This document shows, one piece after another, positions 58,101-64,000 of a DNA stretch of 64,000 bases. A program made the position numbers and the translations under genes. This DNA comes from Patescibacteria group bacterium. GTDB taxonomy: Bacteria > Patescibacteriota > Doudnabacteria > UBA920 > VMFF01. Below the pieces are notes generated by a model. The model saw only the letters and a list, made by a program, of their open reading frames with translations, did no database searches and had not been told where the DNA came from. How positions within the stretch are numbered: the first letter of the stretch is position 1; every line of letters begins with the position of its first letter. The stretch covers positions 7,984 to 71,983 of the forward strand of contig JBBTQQ010000005.1 in assembly GCA_038065615.1 (NCBI GenBank), read 5' to 3'.

Positions 58101-59241
58101 TTCAGCAGGCGCAACAGGTGTTGGTTCTGGTATTGCAGGAAACGTCATGTACGTTTACCATGCAATTCCTACTATCACTAACGTTGCTTTGCCATCAACA
58201 GTGCTAACAGCTGGTGGCAGTACTCAAACCTTGTCGAAATTCACTATTTCTTCAGGTGGTACTGGCGCAATCGGTTGGCAAAAGTTAGTCTTTACCGTTG
58301 CAAAGAATGTCAGCGGCGTAGACACTTTGGCCACCCCAACTTTGTGGAATACTGATTCCAATACTCAAATTACTGGAACAGCAGTATTCACAGGCGCTGT
58401 TAACGTTAACGATGACACTGCTGGTGGAATTGTCTTCGTAGCAAACAGCGAGCAAGCAGTCAGCGGCTCAAAGACCTATGAGTTGAGAGCTACTGTTGGC
58501 GGTGCTCCTGTAGCAGGCGATAGCTTGACAGTTAACATTGCACAGCCTTCAACTTACTCAATAAACAAAACAGCATTCGCATATAACGCTGGCACAGGTG
58601 CCAACCTATATGTTGCTGATGTTGATGCTGATGCAACTATAAGTGCAAATGATATTCGTGAATCAGTACAATCAAGCTACACAGCAGCTGATGTAACATT
58701 AGGTGTAACAACCACTGGTGGTACATTTAGTCAAAAACTTCAACAGTCATATGCAGTGACTGGTACTGTTACTCTAACCATGGTTGAAGGTGCAACAGAT
58801 AACACTGTTGGCGCAGCTACATTTACTGTAGGTGGCGCAGGTGCTTCTGACTTAGTCTGTACCCCATACACAGGCGTAAGCGGTACTGGCGCAGTAGTAG
58901 TTGGTACAACCTTGTTCTCTGCTGTCCAGTCCATTGTTTGTACTGGAACAAACAAGCAGTTGAAATTGTTTAGCATTGTTGTCACAGTTGACAGTGATGT
59001 TGCAGCTGGTGGTACATTTGGCTTAGTTACAATTAGCAAAGGTACTGACTATGCTGTCGGTTCTACTGTTGCTGCAACTGATTCTGACTTTGGCTTAGCT
59101 TTGACTGCCGGCGTTGTCGGCTCTGCAAGCTTTGTCTGGTCAGACCAGTCTGCACAGTCTCATGCTTCAACAACAGCTGACTGGGCTAACGACTACTTGG
59201 TAAAGACTTTACCAACAGTCACGCAATCTCTCGTAAGATAA
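55195..59241 (+). CDS. giant secreted surface protein (S-layer/adhesin-like), Thr/Ser/Gly/Ala/Val-rich with three N-terminal ~45-aa repeats
   Basis: Signal peptide, repeats of GTVYxxxNGxxxxxTSxxxFxSxGYSF, then about 1100 aa of beta-rich low-complexity sequence; GGAG RBS. Confidence 0.7.
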   Translation: MQTSLAKKIFAIGSTSAMLLAAVPFVASAAVHSAGTNVVSNGTVYFVNSNGQKQPYTSAGAFLSYGFNTWADVVAASAEDMALPTGSFVPPSDGSLINDKGTVYLMVNGMPSGFTTEPNFLGSGYSYKNVLAGDVSFLAKGSNISTTAMSHPVGTLVNDKGTVYLMTASGKMGIPSLSTFNSWGYSFAKVVPANSYDSAVSMSSGIMNARVVGQLNPTGSTVNIPPVSGTLSVSAASDMPVTRAVVSTEGVADLAHFTFYGTGAVTSLSLKRFGVSADTSLNNVYLFDSNGTRLTDGASVSSGSIVNFNNPNGLFTVSGSKTIYVKADMNGTAGETIGVQLTSAMSGSVAVSGGTVSSNLFTVATATLAGVALSSATGSGNTDPGVAISVWQGTATVSTRDVLMTRLALRQLGSIVSTDIKNFTLYVDGVQVATTAALDSNGYVTFTMSQALKSGARVLKVTADVIGGSGRTVQMSFRGAYDLSVTDTQYNAGVVATGTFPFGPSAFTVNNGSMTVVKTTDSQATNVTVGASDQALAKYTFTAYGEAIKVSTLNVGMITNGTPANVTIRNTRLLLTNSGTTGQVGSTLSVPAAASFAAAAGTAFTTNFTVNPGAPATVEIRGDIYDNEGADDIAALTVTTIQGLLVGGTATSNATPQVSLGTLNVPSQTNVLGNNLTIASGSLSIAKTSTYANQTVVVPATTYKIGSFVLTGNATEAVNLNTLYVGFADTTLDAAPATDLTDLYVKYGSNQTTVKGTVTCTYSAGCSNANSWSINTTLAVNQTMQFDVYATIASSLSTNQLIPTLAVAGTTAQSGIAVYADGTSNTSLDAGFSGQQITGGTGTITASLDASTPNSTIVDDSGTITSAVYKFQSANDSYTITDLTVTLGDASAVSTVTLLDGNGSPITGGSLPGATTVAFHGLNIAVAANATVLVQVQLTMGAVGFGAGTSNASLLTTMTVATARNSAGTSAGATGVGSGIAGNVMYVYHAIPTITNVALPSTVLTAGGSTQTLSKFTISSGGTGAIGWQKLVFTVAKNVSGVDTLATPTLWNTDSNTQITGTAVFTGAVNVNDDTAGGIVFVANSEQAVSGSKTYELRATVGGAPVAGDSLTVNIAQPSTYSINKTAFAYNAGTGANLYVADVDADATISANDIRESVQSSYTAADVTLGVTTTGGTFSQKLQQSYAVTGTVTLTMVEGATDNTVGAATFTVGGAGASDLVCTPYTGVSGTGAVVVGTTLFSAVQSIVCTGTNKQLKLFSIVVTVDSDVAAGGTFGLVTISKGTDYAVGSTVAATDSDFGLALTAGVVGSASFVWSDQSAQSHASTTADWANDYLVKTLPTVTQSLVR

Positions 59242-59436
59242 TTGCGTTAGTCTAGAAGCTTTGTTAAAGCTGAACTTTTCTAGAAGTCTAAACTAGATCA
59301 AAAGACCGCCCAACCAGGGCGGTCTTTTGTATTGTGTATAAGTTAAAACAAGAGAGTAGATTAACCAGCTATTAAACTTTTTGACCTCCCTTTCATATCT
59401 GCGCTACAATAACCCTCCAACAATATTAATTGAAGT

Positions 59437-59721
59437 TTGTTTATGGATACAGAAACAAAAAAGGAGTTTGAGAAGATAAGCTCAGAGTTTAAGACAATGA
59501 ATCTTGAATTCAGGAAAATAGATCAAAGATTTGATCAGGTTGATAATGATATATCCCTAGTATTAATGACTGTGAGTAAAACATATGAAGAACTGGAAAT
59601 AGAGGTTAAATCAATCAATGCTCATATGGTAACCAAAGACTATCTTGATCGCCGTTTAGAGAGATTTGTTAGTACAAACAAGCTTTTGTTAAGAGAAGAA
59701 GGACCTGATTACAAGGTTTAA
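59437..59721 (+). CDS. small coiled-coil protein, heptad-repeat family paralog (short repeat tract)
   Basis: Shares 5' UTR CCAACAATATTAATTG and C-terminal MVTKDYLDRRLERF..LLLREEGPDYKV with 59938 gene. Confidence 0.5.
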   Translation: MFMDTETKKEFEKISSEFKTMNLEFRKIDQRFDQVDNDISLVLMTVSKTYEELEIEVKSINAHMVTKDYLDRRLERFVSTNKLLLREEGPDYKV

Positions 59722-59937
59722 TTTGGTGCGCTTAAAAGCGCTGATGCAAAGTGGACTACTTTAGAACGAGTTTTTAAAAAAGCTGTGCTTGTCGAAAAAC
59801 AAGAACCAGGAGCTGAAACAAAAAAACCAAGAAAGAACTAAAACAAGCGAATAGATTAACTATATATTAAATATTTTGACTTTAGTTTTAGATCTAGGAT
59901 ACAATAACTTTCCAACAATATTAATTGGAGTTCGTTT

Positions 59938-60324
59938 ATGGATATTGAGACCAAAAGAGAGTTTGAAAAGATAGGTCTTCAATTAGACCAAAAGTTTAAA
60001 GACGTGGATAAACGGTTCGAGAAGGTAGACAAGAGGTTTGAGCAAATAGACAAGAGATTCGAGAAGGTAGACAAGAGGTTTGAAAAAGTTGATCAGAGGT
60101 TTGAGAATTTGGAAAACATCATGATCAAAGGGTTTAACAGGGTGGACGAAGAAATTGCTTTAGTTTTAAGAACAATGAATGCATTTTCAACAGCCATGGA
60201 AACAGAAATCAAAGCAATGAACAGCCGGATGGTAACCAAAGACTATCTTGATCGTCGTTTAGAAAGATTTGCCAGTGCAAACCATCTTTTGTTGAGAGAT
60301 GAAGGACCTGATTACAAGGTTTGA
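59938..60324 (+). CDS. small coiled-coil protein, heptad-repeat family paralog with five VDKRFEK repeats
   Basis: Five tandem 21-bp repeats at 60004-60108; conserved C-terminus with the 59437 gene. Confidence 0.5.
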   Translation: MDIETKREFEKIGLQLDQKFKDVDKRFEKVDKRFEQIDKRFEKVDKRFEKVDQRFENLENIMIKGFNRVDEEIALVLRTMNAFSTAMETEIKAMNSRMVTKDYLDRRLERFASANHLLLRDEGPDYKV

Positions 60325-60357
60325 TTTGCCATGTGTTGACAGGGCTATTTGGACGTG

Positions 60358-60413
60358 GTAATATTTAATTACAAACGCCACACCCAGCCCGCAAGGGTCC
60401 GGTGTGGTTTTTT
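60358..60413 (+). repeat. 55-bp conserved terminator element, copy 2 (embedded in a TTGACA-17-TAATAT promoter-like context)
   Basis: One mismatch vs copy 1; TTGACA at 60335-60340 and TAATAT at 60358-60363. Confidence 0.7.
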
Positions 60414-60427
60414 TAGAAAGAAATAAA

Positions 60428-61003
60428 ATGAAAACAATATTGTATGTAGACGGAAGAAATTTCTTGGGCAAATTGGAAGAAGTCTTTAAGACAGAAAAAA
60501 AGCTAAGACCTGAATGGCATAAGTACAATTTCAAAAGTCTTTTAGACCAAGTATTAAAAGGGTTAAATGTTGATAGTAAAATCTTTTACTTTGCAAAGAT
60601 AAAAGAACATCCTGATACTAAAGAAAAATCCCAAGAATTAATTAAGGCTAGAAGATTACTGAAAACACATTTAGAGCAGCAAGGTTTCCAAGTTATTCTG
60701 ACTGGTGTCGTAAGGGGTAATTATAATCAAGATGGGGTTCTGGTTTTCAAAGAAAAAGGTGTAGATATTAGTATTGCAGTAGACATGGTCAGTGCCGCTT
60801 GTGCTAAATCAATGGCAATAGCCATACTCGCAAGTTCTGATTCTGACTTACAGCCAGCAATTCGTGAGATCACAAAGAGAGGTATTGAGTGTATTTATTT
60901 AGGGTTCGAGCTAATGCCCAACAAAGGACTGGCTTCTACCACGAAACGTACAATACTAATCAGAAACTCCGAAGTTCTACAATTTAATTCCGCATTGATC
61001 TAA
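60428..61003 (+). CDS. NYN-domain (LabA-like) putative ribonuclease
   Basis: MKTILYVDGRNF start, KGVDISIAVDM and ILASSDSDLQP motifs of PF01936. Confidence 0.7.
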   Translation: MKTILYVDGRNFLGKLEEVFKTEKKLRPEWHKYNFKSLLDQVLKGLNVDSKIFYFAKIKEHPDTKEKSQELIKARRLLKTHLEQQGFQVILTGVVRGNYNQDGVLVFKEKGVDISIAVDMVSAACAKSMAIAILASSDSDLQPAIREITKRGIECIYLGFELMPNKGLASTTKRTILIRNSEVLQFNSALI

Positions 61004-61006
61004 TAA

Positions 61007-61035
61007 TAAGACCGCCTAAACTGGCGGTTTTATTA
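61007..61035. terminator. rho-independent terminator
   Basis: AAGACCGCCTAAACTGGCGGTTTTATT. Confidence 0.55.
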
Positions 61036-61116
61036 TAAAATAAAGATTTGCCATGCCATTGAAAAAAACAGTAATCTTTGGTAATATTACATTTGTACTT
61101 TGTGTTTTAAACACAT

Positions 61117-61193
61117 GCGCCCGTAGCTCAACTGGATAGAGCGTGTGGCTTCGGACCACAAGGCTGTAGGTTCGACTCCTACCGGGCGCACCA
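61117..61193 (+). tRNA. tRNA-Arg (anticodon TCG)
   Basis: GCGCCCG/CGGGCGC acceptor, anticodon stem TGTGG/CCACA with loop CTTCGGA, GGTTCGACTCC T-loop, CCA. Confidence 0.85.
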
Positions 61194-61420
61194 TAGTAGA
61201 TACAGAAGAAGAAATAGAATTGATATAATGGACTGCCACAAGGGCAGTCCATTAATTTACCCATACATTACTTATCCTGCTTGTAACACAGTCCCGACCC
61301 ATTTAGTAAATACTCTAAAAAGCCTTTATTATCCGTAATAAACAGGTGTTTGACTTCTCTATATCATTAGAGTAGTATAGTAAATGATATTACTATATCA
61401 CCCCAAAAGGATACAAAAAT

Positions 61421-62854
61421 ATGGACGAGATTCTTAAATACGTACAAAACCAGCTAGTACAAGCCCCTTTCCGGCTCAAGTCCTATGTCCAGGACGAGCA
61501 GGGTAGGAAATATCCGCAAAGAAATATCTACGTCAAAGTTGATAAATACTTCCGGGATTTTTTGCATAACTCAAAAGCTCAGGATCGCTGGATCATAATC
61601 CCGGGTCTTCGTGGCGTCGGTAAAACCACCATCCTTGCACAGCTTTTCTTAAATCATTACCAAGAAGTCAGCGACCGTAGAATACTCTATGTTTCGTTGG
61701 ATGAAGTAGTGGATGTTCTCGGATCGTCATTGAAAGATGTTTTGACTGCATACGAAAAGATAATCGGTGAAAGTTTTGAAAAACTCACTAAACCAGTCTT
61801 TATATTTATTGACGAAGCACAATACGATCCCAAGTGGGCATCAGTATTAAAGTCTGTGTACGATCGGTCAAACAAAGTTTTTGTTGCATGCAGTGGCTCA
61901 TCAGCTGTTTCCTTGCAGACCAATCCGGATGTCATTCGCCGTTCTATTTTTCTGAAACTCTTTCCAACGAGCTTCACTGAATTCTTAATGATTCGTGATG
62001 GCAAACTACCAACTAAGGGTTTGAAACAAAATATAAAAGACGCGTTGTTTAATGCTGACTCTGCTAAAGATGCTTACGAAAAGCTAAAAAAATATGAGCA
62101 AAGCATAGTGAGTGCTTGGTCATCCATTGACCGTCACTATGTTGATGAATATTTGAAAATCGGTACTTTACCATTTGCTATCCGAATGAAAGATGAAGTG
62201 CGTGTGTATCAAACAATTAATTTGCTTTTAGACAAAGTGATTAATCAGGACGTTCAAAGTCTCGGTCGTTTTGATACCAAGACCCTTATCTACATCAAGA
62301 GGGTGCTATTTCTGCTTGCCGAGTCTGATGTAGTGAGTATTCAGAAACTTGCCACAATGCTTGAGGCTAGCATCAACACCGTTTCAAATATACTTGAGGT
62401 TTTGGAGCAAGCCGAGCTGCTCATTCGTGTTATGCCCTATGGTTCAAATTCCAAAAAAGTCAGAAAGCCTTCACGTTACCAGTTTATGTCTAGTGCAATG
62501 CGGTCGGCATTTCTCTCGGTTGCTGGTAATGAGCAGATTTTTGCTGACCAGAAGGGCAGACTCATGGAGGATATTGTTGCAATGACATTGTATCGGGAGT
62601 TCGTGGTCAATAGTCGAGGTGCTTTAAATTATGACAGCGCAAAGGCTGGCTCAGATTTCATTCTAACGATTGCCGGTAAGAACATTATTCCGATTGAAGT
62701 TGGGATGGGTGAGAACCTTGGCACACAAGTCCGAAACACCATGAAAAAGGTTGGATCAGCCAAGTACGGCGTGGTGATCTGCAAAAACTCGCTTGCATTA
62801 CTGGAGGATGCCAATGTAGTTAAAGTCCCGTTAGATTACTTTTTGTTAATGTAA
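61421..62854 (+). CDS. AAA+ ATPase of the COG1373/DUF4143 type
   Basis: P-loop IIPGLRGVGKTT, Walker B IFIDEAQY, C-terminal DUF4143-like region; commonly found in mobile/defence islands. Confidence 0.7.
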   Translation: MDEILKYVQNQLVQAPFRLKSYVQDEQGRKYPQRNIYVKVDKYFRDFLHNSKAQDRWIIIPGLRGVGKTTILAQLFLNHYQEVSDRRILYVSLDEVVDVLGSSLKDVLTAYEKIIGESFEKLTKPVFIFIDEAQYDPKWASVLKSVYDRSNKVFVACSGSSAVSLQTNPDVIRRSIFLKLFPTSFTEFLMIRDGKLPTKGLKQNIKDALFNADSAKDAYEKLKKYEQSIVSAWSSIDRHYVDEYLKIGTLPFAIRMKDEVRVYQTINLLLDKVINQDVQSLGRFDTKTLIYIKRVLFLLAESDVVSIQKLATMLEASINTVSNILEVLEQAELLIRVMPYGSNSKKVRKPSRYQFMSSAMRSAFLSVAGNEQIFADQKGRLMEDIVAMTLYREFVVNSRGALNYDSAKAGSDFILTIAGKNIIPIEVGMGENLGTQVRNTMKKVGSAKYGVVICKNSLALLEDANVVKVPLDYFLLM

Positions 62855-62859
62855 CATTT

Positions 62860-63051
62860 ATGTCAACGAAAATCGTCGCCAAAACTAAAAAAGATACCTA
62901 CTACAAATGTACTCATTGTGGAGATGAGATTTTTTGGAATACCCATAAAAAATTCACCTACTGCAAGTGCAAGAAAATTTGGATTGATGGTTGCGAGGAT
63001 TACGTCCGAGTTGGTGGTAATAAAGAAGATTATGTAGTGATTCACAAATAA
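62860..63051 (+). CDS. small Cys-rich (zinc-ribbon-like) protein
   Basis: 63 aa; CTHCGDE...YCKCKK...DGCED. Confidence 0.4.
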   Translation: MSTKIVAKTKKDTYYKCTHCGDEIFWNTHKKFTYCKCKKIWIDGCEDYVRVGGNKEDYVVIHK

Positions 63052-63053
63052 CT

Positions 63054-63452
63054 ATGCGCAAAAAAGCTAAAACCAGAATTAAAATCAATAATCCACTCCA
63101 AGCATCCGGACGCAGGCTTTTTGACGATGAAAAGGGCGCTGCAAGTATTGTTTTTGAAATAGAGTCAAAACAGCAAATCCTTAAACAGCGGAAAGAGATT
63201 GAGCAGGAGCTCGTGGATATGCTCAAAGAAACAGAGAGCGATTTTTCACTGCAGGATGTGCAGGATGTCATTTTTCACGAAGAAGACAACGACGACATGA
63301 TGAAGATCATAGCCATGTTTGACCATGTCAGAGACGCTTCGGAATTAAACAATGTTCTTGAACTTGTTACGGACGCTTGGAATTACTTTCCGCATAAGGT
63401 TCTTGGTGGCATTTCTCCAGCCGAGAAACTATTAGAGTATAAAAGCACATAA
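63054..63452 (+). CDS. hypothetical acidic protein
   Basis: 132 aa ORF immediately after the zinc-ribbon ORF. Confidence 0.35.
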   Translation: MRKKAKTRIKINNPLQASGRRLFDDEKGAASIVFEIESKQQILKQRKEIEQELVDMLKETESDFSLQDVQDVIFHEEDNDDMMKIIAMFDHVRDASELNNVLELVTDAWNYFPHKVLGGISPAEKLLEYKST

Positions 63453-63733
63453 GGTATTTGCTTAACATTGTTGAAGTCAAGCAAACCGTCCGATGTTCTC
63501 AAATTTAGTTTTACAGCCCGGTCAGTATTGCAATGGGTACAAAGTTCGCTACAAGGTCAAACACACGGCAACAATCGAGGCGTTTGATTGGGAGTCAATA
63601 TGCTCTGGAACAAGGTCAGATTTTCTGCTAAAATTACTGTTGTAAAAGGTCTTTAATCTCTCGGATATTTCGGAGAATTAAGTTCCAATTCAATACTTTA
63701 ATCGGTACTGTTAAGGTTTACAAATGAATATGC

Positions 63734-63809
63734 GGGTTGGTAGCTCAGTTGGTAGAGCAGTTGCCTCTTAAGCAATTGGTCGTGGGTTCGAATCCCACCC
63801 AACCCACCA
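63734..63809 (+). tRNA. tRNA-Lys (anticodon CTT)
   Basis: GGGTTGG/CCAACCC acceptor, anticodon loop CTCTTAA, GGTTCGAATCC T-loop, CCA; terminator hairpin at 63823-63845. Confidence 0.85.
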
Positions 63810-63862
63810 GAGATCAATATATACGCCCAAAAGGCGTTTTTTTGATATACTGAACATATATG

Positions 63863-64000
63863 CAGGATCATATCCTTACAGTCCCTGAAATATCCAAGTT
63901 TTTCGGGGTTAGCAAGAAAACAGTCTATGAATGGTGTCGTTTTGGACACTTGCCGGCCTTTAAGATTGGACAAGAATGGATGCTTAGACAAAGCGATTTA
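63863..64000 (+). CDS. excisionase/MerR-type HTH DNA-binding protein (partial, continues past window)
   Basis: MQDHILTVPEISKFFGVSKKTVYEWCRFGHLPAFKIGQEWMLRQSDL resembles the Xis-type helix-turn-helix family; position just 3' of a tRNA gene. Confidence 0.5.

Noticed and set aside
61016-61264. 82-aa minus ORF overlapping tRNA-Arg
   Set aside because: Overlaps a confidently folded tRNA; low-complexity translation
63698-63991. 97-aa minus ORF overlapping tRNA-Lys(CTT) and the excisionase-like gene
   Set aside because: Covers a tRNA and a plus-strand HTH ORF with good start context
1-64000. Looked for CRISPR arrays and rRNA genes
   Set aside because: No regularly spaced direct repeats with unique spacers and no rRNA-like conserved stretches were seen; the tandem repeats present are coding 21-bp heptad repeats

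Overview
The window is a low-GC (about 35-40% by eye) bacterial chromosome segment with a reduced-genome gene content that looks Patescibacteria/CPR-like (inference only). Core genes: the hrcA-grpE-dnaK-x-x-dnaJ heat-shock locus with a CIRCE operator, topA, pth, der, an LCP (LytR) protein, lepB, hisS plus a degenerate HisRS paralog, rpsU, ftsA-ftsZ, nrdR-nrdJ (class II RNR split by a LAGLIDADG intein) with a corrinoid adenosyltransferase nearby, ndk, a RelA/SpoT enzyme, rpmF, nusB, HU, ComEC, a cyclophilin, and six tRNAs (Lys-TTT, Val, Pro, Gly, Arg, Lys-CTT). Accessory content: (1) an ArsR-controlled rhodanese / persulfide-dioxygenase-like operon; (2) a MarR-regulated MacAB-type efflux system; (3) four sharply delimited high-GC (about 58-65%) islands in the low-GC background, each with its own promoter, RBS and terminator - one carries pyrF-pyrE, one a His-rich unknown protein, and two carry small ORFs flanking a NERD nuclease gene; (4) a tRNA-Pro / tRNA-Gly bounded island with a LAGLIDADG-like ORF, AbiEi/AbiEii, and two HicB/HicA pairs sharing a near-identical promoter, one HicA frameshifted; (5) a paralogous family of small coiled-coil proteins built from 21-bp (heptad) tandem repeats, with a conserved 55-bp terminator element; (6) a 1348-aa surface protein with a long leader behind a consensus sigma70 promoter; (7) tRNA-Lys(CTT) followed by an excisionase-like HTH gene at the window edge, suggesting an integrative element starts there. 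No CRISPR array or rRNA was seen.
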